Shown here: positions 8,039 to 16,974 of the stretch, piece after piece
Numbering within the stretch: position 1 is the first letter of the stretch
How the letters are laid out: the number at the start of each line of letters is the position of its first letter
Assembly (NCBI GenBank): GCA_017399025.1
Contig: JAFQEK010000045.1
Span: forward strand, 6,661-70,660
Direction: 5' to 3'
Length of the DNA: 64,000 nt
Source of the DNA: Clostridia bacterium
GTDB lineage: Bacteria > Bacillota > Clostridia > Oscillospirales > CAG-272
Translations under genes and position numbers: made by a program
The notes under the pieces: generated by a model
Seen by the model: the letters and a program-made list of their open reading frames with translations, nothing else
Told to the model about the DNA's origin: nothing
Databases searched by the model: none

Positions 8039-9058
8039 ATGAAAAAGTATCTTCTTCCCGAAAACGGAAATTTCTACAAATCCAATCTGCATTGCCACTC
8101 CACCGTTTCCGATGGCGGTTGGACCCCTGAGCAACTCAAAGAAGAATATGCCAAGCGCGGCTATTCGATCATTGCATACACCGATCATAACATCATGGTT
8201 CCGCATCACGATCTGACCGATGATAATTTTCTTGCGCTGACCGGCTTTGAAATGGATTTCAATCTTTACAAAGACGGAACCATGCCGAAAACCTGCCACG
8301 TTTGTTTTATTGCGCTTTCTCCTGAACAACGTAAGCAACCCAATTGGCATGAGCGCTATTTGTATGGGAATACCAAAAAATATCAAGATCAAGTAGAATT
8401 GTACGAGGATGAAGCACCCTTGTTCCGCCGTTATACACCCGAATGCATCAACGGCGCCATGCAGAATGCACGCGAAAAAGGCTTTTTCGTAACTTATAAT
8501 CATCCCGTATGGTCCAGAGAAACGGGTGAAAATTATAACGCTTATGAAGGTATGCACGCAATGGAAATCTGCAATTTCGGTTGCGTAATCGCAGGTTATC
8601 TTGATTATGTACCCCAGGTTTATGACGATATGCTGGCGCATGGCAAGCGAATTTATTGCATTGCCACCGATGACAATCATAACCGCTTCCCTGCTGATCA
8701 CCCCAGAACAGGCTCCTTTGGCGGCTTTACGGTAATCAAAGCGGAAAAACTGGAATATGAAACGATTACAAAAGCCCTTCTGGATGGTCATTTTTACGCT
8801 TCGCAAGGTCCTGAAATCCATTCGCTTTGGGTAGAGGACGATATGATTCACATTACCTGTTCTCCTGCAGACCGTGTTATGCTTACCTGCGGTCAAAGAC
8901 GCGCAGAAATCGTTCTGCAAGATGAGCTCGGCGCGCCTGTAACGGAAGCCGCATTCAAAATTCAACCGCAGGATGGTTATGTCCGTATCACGGTTGTAGA
9001 CGAAAAAGGACGTCCTGCCGATACAAACGCATATTTCGTTGACGAACTTCTGAATTAA
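8039..9058 (+). CDS. PHP-domain metal-dependent phosphoesterase
   Basis: PHP motif NLHCHSTVSDG...AYTDHN. ATG at 8039 follows AAAGGAG. The codon-aligned antisense ORF 8033..9067 is a shadow. Confidence 0.7.
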   Translation: MKKYLLPENGNFYKSNLHCHSTVSDGGWTPEQLKEEYAKRGYSIIAYTDHNIMVPHHDLTDDNFLALTGFEMDFNLYKDGTMPKTCHVCFIALSPEQRKQPNWHERYLYGNTKKYQDQVELYEDEAPLFRRYTPECINGAMQNAREKGFFVTYNHPVWSRETGENYNAYEGMHAMEICNFGCVIAGYLDYVPQVYDDMLAHGKRIYCIATDDNHNRFPADHPRTGSFGGFTVIKAEKLEYETITKALLDGHFYASQGPEIHSLWVEDDMIHITCSPADRVMLTCGQRRAEIVLQDELGAPVTEAAFKIQPQDGYVRITVVDEKGRPADTNAYFVDELLN

Positions 9059-9075
9059 AATCCTCATAAATGCCT

Positions 9076-9113
9076 AAAAAGCGTTGAAACGATTTTCCGT
9101 TTCAACGCTTTTT
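9076..9113. terminator. bidirectional rho-independent terminator
   Basis: AAAAAGCGTTGAAAC-loop-GTTTCAACGCTTTTT, between convergent genes. Confidence 0.85.
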
Positions 9114-9127
9114 CTGTTGTTACTTGC

Positions 9128-10780
9128 TTACTGAAAAATTTTGATTCCGTCCGGTGCATCGATTTTTGTCGTTATATCTCCGTCCGTATTTTTTATATGC
9201 TCCACAGCCAATTTTCCGAATGGAGTTGCAATGCTGCCCCGAACGTGTTTCAGCGAACCGAGATGGGGTTTGATCTCAATTTCGGAGCAACCCTCTCCAA
9301 CAATACGGATACCAAGCACGTATTCCGTCAAAAAAGCAACGGGACCGGAGGACCAACCATGGCAAAGGCTGTGGCGGAATCCCTTATAACAGTATTTACC
9401 GTGATCTCCGTGGATATCAAGCTGATTTTCGCCGCAAATTTCATCCAATCGGCAAGCGTTCTCTGCCCATTTGATATCAAAATCCTCCCAGAACGTCGTC
9501 GCACCGAAATCAAGCATAGCACCGTAATAGGTTTTCAGCGTTTCCAGAATGTTCTCTTCCGTACAGCATTTTGCCATGCCGCTTAAAATATAATAACTCA
9601 TGAAGGTGGAAAAACCTTCCGCGCCGCCGTTTTGCAGACATCTTGCGCAATCTTCATCCGCAATATCAGCAAGGAGAAGCAAAGAAGCAATTTGTTTCAG
9701 ATCTCCGCAGGATTCTTTTTTACTTTCGGCAATCAAACGTACGGAAGCGCATTCGGTTTTCAACTCCTCTTCCCCAAGAACAGAAAGAATCTTTTCACAA
9801 GCGCGCATACACAGAATCAAAAGCGCCGATGCTCCCGCTTTTGCCGCAGGAAATCCTTTGGACGGCCAATCGATAAAATCACCCGCGGTGAAATTACCGC
9901 ATTCATCCACATTGTCCAAAATCTGGCGGATCAGTTTTACGGTATACTCTCTTTGCTCAAACAAATATTCCCTTTTTCCCGTATAAAAAACCCATTCTTC
10001 CAGATTGATCAGCCACCAGAGCGAATACGTAGCAATGCCATTGATCCACGTCGGCAGGACCGTATTATGTGCAGAAAGCGCAAGTCCATTATAAATCTGC
10101 GGAACATCTCCCCATACATATTTGACTGTTTTCAATTCGGGAGAAAGGTCTCCGATCCAAACCAATCGGTCTCGCTTGATGCCGTCCCAGATTTCATTCT
10201 GCAAGCACAAATGGCAAGTGTACGCTGCCGTATCATAAATGCGGTTCAGCGTTTCATCGTCGGATTCAAAGCTTCCGATATATTCATACGGCTGATAGAG
10301 AAACATCGCCTGGACGGTTTTGAGCTGAACCTTGGCAGGAGTCAAAAGCTCCAGATAGATGAACCGGAACCCTGTCGCGCCATATTCACTGACAGTCCAG
10401 CTTTTCGTGATAATTTCAAAATCACGCATGCTGTGGTCATTGGTTGCATTTTTTTCTCCAATGTGTGAAAGTGCTTCTCCCGCAGATTCTCCGAAACAAA
10501 TACGGAATTTCACTTCTTCTTCTCCCGTACGGATACGGAACAAAGAAATAGAAACACCGCCGTGAAGCTCTGTACCGAAATCCAATAAAATTCCCGCTTT
10601 TTCTTCCTCTGTGGAAATCATTGTTGTAACTTCGGGTTCATGTGTACTGATCTGACGGTTTTTATAACGCAAAAGCCGCTCTTCACCCTTCCAGAAGCCC
10701 CTGGTCAGAAGAATTCTTTTCGGAACCAAATATTTTTTGACACGGGTATCCGTATCGTCAAAATGCATTTCTTTTAACAT
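9128..10780 (-). CDS. GH78-like (alpha-L-rhamnosidase catalytic-domain type) six-hairpin glycoside hydrolase
   Basis: KRDRLVWIGD and HGWSSGPVAFLTEYVLGI resemble the Bac_rhamnosid6H catalytic domain. It lacks the N-terminal rhamnosidase domains. GAGG RBS. Confidence 0.6.
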   Translation of the reverse strand: MLKEMHFDDTDTRVKKYLVPKRILLTRGFWKGEERLLRYKNRQISTHEPEVTTMISTEEEKAGILLDFGTELHGGVSISLFRIRTGEEEVKFRICFGESAGEALSHIGEKNATNDHSMRDFEIITKSWTVSEYGATGFRFIYLELLTPAKVQLKTVQAMFLYQPYEYIGSFESDDETLNRIYDTAAYTCHLCLQNEIWDGIKRDRLVWIGDLSPELKTVKYVWGDVPQIYNGLALSAHNTVLPTWINGIATYSLWWLINLEEWVFYTGKREYLFEQREYTVKLIRQILDNVDECGNFTAGDFIDWPSKGFPAAKAGASALLILCMRACEKILSVLGEEELKTECASVRLIAESKKESCGDLKQIASLLLLADIADEDCARCLQNGGAEGFSTFMSYYILSGMAKCCTEENILETLKTYYGAMLDFGATTFWEDFDIKWAENACRLDEICGENQLDIHGDHGKYCYKGFRHSLCHGWSSGPVAFLTEYVLGIRIVGEGCSEIEIKPHLGSLKHVRGSIATPFGKLAVEHIKNTDGDITTKIDAPDGIKIFQ

Positions 10781-11089
10781 ACCGTTACCTCATTTTTCAC
10801 ATTCTGTCCGGAATACGCGCCCGGGATTCAAAATCGGTTTCCCAAGCATTTCCAAACAGATTTTTCTTATGCAACTATCATAACATAAAATGAAACAGGT
10901 TTCAACTGTTTTTTCCGACTTTTATGACAAAAACCTAAACCGTTTCAAAAGGTATTTTCGTATACATTTCTCAAACTCCGGAAAATTCAAAAGATGTAAT
11001 TACCTCTGCCGATTACCCGCGTATTGTTCTCATTCAAACAATGTAAACGGCGAGGTTTATTTTGAGCAATTTCCAATTTCTGCGGAATG

Positions 11090-11123
11090 AAAAAGCGTCC
11101 GTTTTTTCACGAACGCTTTTTCA
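11090..11123. terminator. orphan bidirectional terminator-like hairpin
   Basis: AAAAAGCGT-loop-ACGCTTTTT, with T-runs following on both strands. It lies in a ~600-bp gene-free gap. Confidence 0.5.
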
Positions 11124-11400
11124 TAATCTTCATTGTATCCCATTGAATTTATTTTTTCTGAGAGCAATCCATTTTGTTTCAATCAAATTTTGACCTCTCC
11201 GTCAGAGCAAACAACCTTGGTTGCGGGAATATCATACTCCCATCCTATACTCTTGGAAATCACATACCTCTCAGCACTCACTCCGATATGCTGACTACTC
11301 GTCAGAGCACGGTAACCATTTCCATATAATTTCGGGAGCAGAAAATTCCTGTAAAAAGCACACACAAAAAGATAGAAAAGATTATTGTCTCTGTTATCCA

Positions 11401-11438
11401 AAAAAACCCGGGTATCCAAATAAATACACGGGTTTTTC
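11401..11438 (-). terminator. rho-independent terminator after prs
   Basis: The minus strand reads AAAAACCCG-loop-CGGGTTTTTTT. It overlaps the start of the ORF-track ORF 11183..11419. Confidence 0.7.
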
Positions 11439-11448
11439 TTTGGAATTT

Positions 11449-12567
11449 TTATTTTTTATTTTTACGAACTTCGTCTACCAAAGCATGAATGCGGTCAACG
11501 GGATTCAGAAGTGTGCTGATGGAAGCATCCTGGTTCATATTTTCGATAATATACGCAACAAACTTACTCATATCGACCTCAGTGTACCAAGGACGTTCGA
11601 TAATGGCAGGCGCACGGTAATTGAGGTTAGTTGTAAAGATTCTGTCAATCTTTCCTTCCTCATAAGCTTTATCGAATTTTTCGGGACCGGATGTAAACAA
11701 ACCAAAAGTAGCGAAAACGAATACGCGGCGCGCGCCTTTTTCCTTGAGCTGTTCCGCAAGGTCAAGCACGGATTCACCGCTTGCAATCATATCGTCAACA
11801 ACGATCAGATCTTTGCCTTTTACGGATTTACCAAGAAATTCATGCGCTTCGATGGGATTTCTGCCATCAATTACAATCTTATAATTGCGGCGTTTATAGA
11901 ACATGCCGAGATCAACGCCGAGAATGGAGGAATAATACATGGAACGGGACATTGCGCCTTCATCTGGAGCAATAATCATTGTGGTTTCAGGATCAAAGGT
12001 AATATCGGGATATTCCGTAACAAGTGCCTTCAGCATCTGATATGCGGGACGTACGTTATCAAAACCGCCGTAAGGAATTGCCTGCTGTACATTGGGGTCA
12101 TGCGCATCAAAAGTAACGATATTGGAAACACCCATCGAGGAGAGATCCTGCAGCGCCATTGCACAGTCCAAAGATTCTCTGGCTGTTCTGCGGTGCTGTC
12201 TTCCTTCATAAAGCATAGGCATAATAAGAGATACACGGCGCGCTTTACCGCCGATTGCGCAAAGCATACGTTTAATATCCTGGAAATGATCGTCGGGACT
12301 CATGGGAACATTCATACCGTACATTTTATAAGTTACGCCGTAATTGAATACATCTGCATAAATATAAACGTCGTGCCCTCTCAAAGTTTCGTGAATGATC
12401 GCCTTGCCTTCACCGGAACCGAAACGGGGACATTCCGCATTGACAAGATAAGTGGAACGGTCTGCTTCGTTACGTGAGTCATGCAAATAACCGTCAACCT
12501 TTGAAAGAAAATCGTCACAGCCCTTCATACCGATGATACTGAGTTCGCCAAAATATTTCTGATCCAT
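11449..12567 (-). CDS. prs: ribose-phosphate diphosphokinase family protein (long form)
   Basis: PRPP-synthetase features: EGRQHRR, the DAHD motif, and the PRPP-binding loop LIVVDDMIASGES. AAGGAGG RBS. 372 aa, longer than the canonical ~315 aa. Confidence 0.75.
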   Translation of the reverse strand: MDQKYFGELSIIGMKGCDDFLSKVDGYLHDSRNEADRSTYLVNAECPRFGSGEGKAIIHETLRGHDVYIYADVFNYGVTYKMYGMNVPMSPDDHFQDIKRMLCAIGGKARRVSLIMPMLYEGRQHRRTARESLDCAMALQDLSSMGVSNIVTFDAHDPNVQQAIPYGGFDNVRPAYQMLKALVTEYPDITFDPETTMIIAPDEGAMSRSMYYSSILGVDLGMFYKRRNYKIVIDGRNPIEAHEFLGKSVKGKDLIVVDDMIASGESVLDLAEQLKEKGARRVFVFATFGLFTSGPEKFDKAYEEGKIDRIFTTNLNYRAPAIIERPWYTEVDMSKFVAYIIENMNQDASISTLLNPVDRIHALVDEVRKNKK

Positions 12568-12646
12568 TTTTTAGTCCTCCTTGTGCAGGTCGAGTTTTAT
12601 CTGAATTTTATGGATTGTAAATGAAAAACAATAAATAATATTGATC

Positions 12647-13945
12647 TTAAATGTTAAATGCCCGTTCAAGCTCCTTAAATGCTTCGGGATCAATGCTTTC
12701 CGGTTCTTCACCGAAAGCGGAAGCTTCAATCAAAGCCTTTGCGCTGTATTCCAGCATCTCCAATTTATCGAACGCTTTGAGCAGAGAAATGCCTGTTGCA
12801 ATCACACAATCATTTTCAATGATTGCCGTGGGATTTTTCCCCGTAATGGCATCGGCAAGCATTTCAGCATTCATAAAAGGAGTTCCAAACGGATATTTTT
12901 TGATATTCCGCAAAGAAATATAAATTTCGGGAAGCAATCGTACATCCAACTCCTTTTCCGTAACGGCGTATGCCATAACGGAAGCAGGACGTGCTTCAAT
13001 GATGCTTCTGACAGAAGAATCATTTGCATAAACAGCTTCATGGAAAGCCACCGTTGCAGAAGGAATCTTTCCGCTCTCTCTTTTTCCGTCTTTAATCCAA
13101 ACGAGTTCTTCGGGACGGATATCACATCGATCCTTAGAGTCAGGAGTGATCAAGAAAGAACCATCGGAAAGCTTTTGTGAAAAAATACCGCCTTCGCTCG
13201 TGATAAACTGCTTTTCATATGCGCGTCGGATAAAGGAACACAACTCTCTGCGTGCCAACAACTCTTCGCCAAGACGCTCGGACGGGGAAAATTCTTCCAT
13301 TTCCGTCGCCTTTTTTTGATCAAAATCACACACGGTTTCTTGCGAGAGACCATGAAGCTCACCGCCGATCACTTTTGCATTGCGTTGCACATTGGTACAA
13401 AGAACCAGATTCTCAAATGCCCTAAACGCATTGTACAGCGTAACATCTCCGATAACAACTCCGTGACGTTCCAACAAAACGGCATTGGTTCCCTTGGAAA
13501 ATTCACGGGAAAGCTTGTCCCCGAGCGCGGAGCTTCCCGGAATTTCATACGAAACGGAAGAAACGCGCGGAACAGATTTTTTTGTATCAATAAACAAAGA
13601 GGTATCCGGAATTTTTTGCAAAAGCGTGCATGCAATGGCAGTCGGGGGGTGTGCATGCAAAACCGCTTTGATATCGGGACGCTTCTTATAAATCGCCAGA
13701 TGAAAAGGATATTCCGCAGACGGTCTGTAAATGCCGCAAATTGTACCGTCAGGCTTGATCTGCATAATATCTTCCCTGCGCAGATTTCCCTTATCCACAC
13801 CGCCCGGACTGATCCAAACCGTGCCCTGCGCATCGCGCACGGAAAGATTGACACCCAAAGCCGTCGTCATATTATGATCATAAATACGGTTCATCAGAGT
13901 AACAATCTGATCCGCAGGGTGAAGCATTTCAAACATCATAGCCAT
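12647..13945 (-). CDS. tandem class II aldolase/adducin-domain protein, probable rhamnulose-1-phosphate aldolase
   Basis: Two aldolase_II-like halves. The first has LHAHPP and ERHG (metal-ligand histidines). The second has EARP and ENDC at those positions. Located immediately downstream of rhaA and rhaB. The GGAG abuts the first ATG, so the real start may be the ATG at 13939 or 13936. Confidence 0.7.
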   Translation of the reverse strand: MAMMFEMLHPADQIVTLMNRIYDHNMTTALGVNLSVRDAQGTVWISPGGVDKGNLRREDIMQIKPDGTICGIYRPSAEYPFHLAIYKKRPDIKAVLHAHPPTAIACTLLQKIPDTSLFIDTKKSVPRVSSVSYEIPGSSALGDKLSREFSKGTNAVLLERHGVVIGDVTLYNAFRAFENLVLCTNVQRNAKVIGGELHGLSQETVCDFDQKKATEMEEFSPSERLGEELLARRELCSFIRRAYEKQFITSEGGIFSQKLSDGSFLITPDSKDRCDIRPEELVWIKDGKRESGKIPSATVAFHEAVYANDSSVRSIIEARPASVMAYAVTEKELDVRLLPEIYISLRNIKKYPFGTPFMNAEMLADAITGKNPTAIIENDCVIATGISLLKAFDKLEMLEYSAKALIEASAFGEEPESIDPEAFKELERAFNI

Positions 13946-14127
13946 CTCCTTACATCCAAAATCAAAAGCGGAAATCTGTCAACTTCCGAAAGCATTGGGA
14001 CTCGTTTGAAAATCAAAAAAACGAAAATGTTTCCAGAAATTCTTGTCTTTTCAAATCAGTCCCAATTTCCGGGCAAAAACGAAAATCTCCGTTTTTGCCC
14101 GAGGGTACCGTATTTTAGAGAAAATGT

Positions 14128-15381
14128 TTATCTCTTGGAAAGAACGTCTCTTTCGTATGCCTTTACTTCATCAAACCAGCTTGCATCAGCAGCAACGCCT
14201 GCGCGAGCGCAGTATTCTGCCCAAACAGCGCCGTAAGGAAGCATCTTCACTTCTTCCTGCATAACCATCAATTCCGTGAAATTGCTTTCATCCTGCAATT
14301 TTGCCAGGAGTGCGTTCGGTGTGCAGAGTGCCATCAGCAAAGCCTTCTGGAAACTTCTGAAACCAACAGTCCAAGCGGAAATACGGTTGATGCTTGCATC
14401 AAAATAGTCAAGAGCAATATAGGTGCGGTCAAGCGCATCGCAACGAACGATTTCTTTTGCGATTTCCTTGGTTTCGTCGTCAAGAAGAACAACATGGTCA
14501 GAGTCCCAACGGATGGGTCTGGTTACGTGAAGCGCAATCTCATCGAAGAAGCAGAGGAGCGCGGGAATCTTATCGGAAACAACTTCCGTGGGATGGTAAT
14601 GTCCGTTATCCATGAGGGGCAGACATCTGTCCTTATTCATAGCTGCAATACTGAGTGCAAATTCTGCGCTACCTGCGGTATATGCTTCCACACCGATACC
14701 GAATACCTTGGATTCCACACAGGGTTTTACCTTATTGAAATCGAAAGGTTCGGAAAGGATCTGTTCAATGGAATCTCTGTAACGCATTCTGGGACCCATG
14801 CGGTCTGCAGGAATATCCTTGAAGCCGTCGCCGGTCCAGATGTTCATAACGCAAGGAATACCTGTTTCTTCTGCGAAGTACTGGGAAATACGGATACAAG
14901 CTTTGCCGTGTGCGATCCAGAAATTGCGGACTTCTTTATCGGGATGGCTGAGTGTCAAGCCGTCCTTCTGCATGGGATGAGAGAAGAATGTGGGGTTAAA
15001 GTCGATACCCATACCTCTTTCTTTTGCAAATTCAACCCATTTCTTGAAATGCTTGGGTTCAAGCTTGTCGCGGTCAGCAAAGCCGTCTTCAAAAATAGCA
15101 TAGCAAGCGTGTACATTCAGTTTTTTCTTGCCGGGGCAAAGGGAAAGCACTTTGTCCATATCTGCCATAAGCTGTTCGGGAGTGGTTGCTTTGCCGGGAT
15201 AGTTACCCGTTGTCTGAATACCGCCGGTAAGTGCGCCGTCGTTGTCGAAACCGCCAACGTCATCACCCTGCCAGCAATGAAGAGATACGGGAATGTTGCT
15301 CAGTTTTTCGATTGCAGCTTCAACATCAACGCCGAAAGCCGCAAAACTTTCTTTTGCAAGTTCAAATGCTTTTGTAGACAT
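14128..15381 (-). CDS. rhaA: L-rhamnose isomerase
   Basis: 417 aa. The N-terminus ...IPVSLHCWQGDDVGGF and overall length match RhaA. GGAGAGGA RBS. Confidence 0.9.
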   Translation of the reverse strand: MSTKAFELAKESFAAFGVDVEAAIEKLSNIPVSLHCWQGDDVGGFDNDGALTGGIQTTGNYPGKATTPEQLMADMDKVLSLCPGKKKLNVHACYAIFEDGFADRDKLEPKHFKKWVEFAKERGMGIDFNPTFFSHPMQKDGLTLSHPDKEVRNFWIAHGKACIRISQYFAEETGIPCVMNIWTGDGFKDIPADRMGPRMRYRDSIEQILSEPFDFNKVKPCVESKVFGIGVEAYTAGSAEFALSIAAMNKDRCLPLMDNGHYHPTEVVSDKIPALLCFFDEIALHVTRPIRWDSDHVVLLDDETKEIAKEIVRCDALDRTYIALDYFDASINRISAWTVGFRSFQKALLMALCTPNALLAKLQDESNFTELMVMQEEVKMLPYGAVWAEYCARAGVAADASWFDEVKAYERDVLSKR

Positions 15382-15430
15382 AGTAGATCCTCTCCTGTTT
15401 TTATTTTTATATTTTTAATTTACGGTTTTA

Positions 15431-16915
15431 TTATTTGCCGATCAGCTTCAGGAATCTGCCGTAAGCTTCGTCCCATGCAGCCATCTTGTCCGTTTCGGGC
15501 TGATATTCCTTGATTTCAAAGGAATTTGCAATGATTTCTCTTGCTTCCCACATATCCTTGATTGCGCCAAGTGCGATTGCCTGTGCCGCAATGTTACCGA
15601 TTGCGGTTGCTTCCACAGGTCCTGCGTAAACAGGTCTTCCGCAAGCAGTTGCCGCAAACTGAGAAAGCTGTTCTTCCTTTGTACCGCCGCCTACGATATT
15701 GATCGCAGGAATTCTTTCGCCACACATTTCATCAATGCATTCAACGGTATAACGATAACGCATAGCCAAGCTTTCGAGGATGCAACGAACGATCTCTCCC
15801 TTGGTCTGGGGAACAAATTGACCTGTTTCACGGCAGTAATCCGCAATTCTTCTGGGAATATTGCCGGGTGTTGCAAATCTGGGATCATCGGGATCGATGA
15901 AGCAACGAAGCGGTTCTGCTTCCGCAGCCATGGTAGCAAGCTCTGCGAAAGATATCTTTTCGCCTTCTCTTTCCCATTGGCGTTTGGATTCCTGTTCCAC
16001 CCAAAGACCTGTGATGTTTTTGGAAAAACGAATGGTATCGCCGTAACCGCCTTCATTGGTAAAGTTATATTCCTTGGATTTTTCACTGATAACAGGATTC
16101 TTGGTTTCCGTACCCATGATAGACCATGTACCGGAAGAAATCCAGATGAATTTTTCATCCTTTGCAGGAACGGCAAGAACAGCACTTCCCGTATCGTGAG
16201 CAGCAACGGAAATAACTTTAGGATTGATTCCGCCAAATTCCTCAGACAAAGAGGGGAGGAAATTACCGCAAACCGTGCCGGGGGGTACGATTTTGCTGAA
16301 CAGCTTTTCGGGAAGATTGAATTTTTTGATCAATTCTTCGGACCAATCGCGTTTCTTGGCATCCAAAAGCTGACTGGTGGAAGCGATGGTATATTCCGTC
16401 TGCTTGTAGCCTGTCAGGAAATAGTTGAGGAGGTCGGGCACGAAAAGCATATCCGAAGCGATATCAAAAAGTTCGGGACTGTTTTTCTGTACCGCCAGAA
16501 GCTGATAGAGAGAGTTCAATTCCAATACCTGAATACCGGTAATGCCGTAAACCTCGTCTGCGCTGACGTAAGCTTCGGAATACGCGGGAATACCAACGGT
16601 ACGGAGGTCGCGGTAGTGAACGGGATTTGCGAGAAGATGTCCTCTTTTGTCAAGGAAACCGAAGTCAACACCCCAAGTATCAATACCGATGGAATCGATG
16701 TCTCTGTCTTCACCGGTCGCACATTTGCGGATGGATGTTTTGATCTCGTGCAAAATGCGGACGATATCCCATGTGTACTGCCCCGCAACCATGACAGGTT
16801 CATTGGGGAAACGATGATTTTCTTCGAGCGTGATTTTCTCACCGTCGAAAGTGCCGACGATACCGCGACCGCTGGATGCGCCGAGGTCAATGGCAAGCAT
16901 TTTGATTTTTTTCAT
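15431..16915 (-). CDS. rhaB: rhamnulokinase (FGGY family)
   Basis: FGGY kinase N-terminus AIDLGASSGR, 494 aa, adjacent to rhaA. Confidence 0.85.
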   Translation of the reverse strand: MKKIKMLAIDLGASSGRGIVGTFDGEKITLEENHRFPNEPVMVAGQYTWDIVRILHEIKTSIRKCATGEDRDIDSIGIDTWGVDFGFLDKRGHLLANPVHYRDLRTVGIPAYSEAYVSADEVYGITGIQVLELNSLYQLLAVQKNSPELFDIASDMLFVPDLLNYFLTGYKQTEYTIASTSQLLDAKKRDWSEELIKKFNLPEKLFSKIVPPGTVCGNFLPSLSEEFGGINPKVISVAAHDTGSAVLAVPAKDEKFIWISSGTWSIMGTETKNPVISEKSKEYNFTNEGGYGDTIRFSKNITGLWVEQESKRQWEREGEKISFAELATMAAEAEPLRCFIDPDDPRFATPGNIPRRIADYCRETGQFVPQTKGEIVRCILESLAMRYRYTVECIDEMCGERIPAINIVGGGTKEEQLSQFAATACGRPVYAGPVEATAIGNIAAQAIALGAIKDMWEAREIIANSFEIKEYQPETDKMAAWDEAYGRFLKLIGK

Positions 16916-16974
16916 AGTTTATGTATCCTTTCAAATAAATTCTTTCAAATTTCAAATGCATTGCGGAAGAGCTT

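Noticed and set aside
11183-11419. 78-aa minus-strand ORF downstream of prs
   Set aside because: Its start codon and first codons lie inside the prs terminator hairpin. It has no RBS and no recognisable family.
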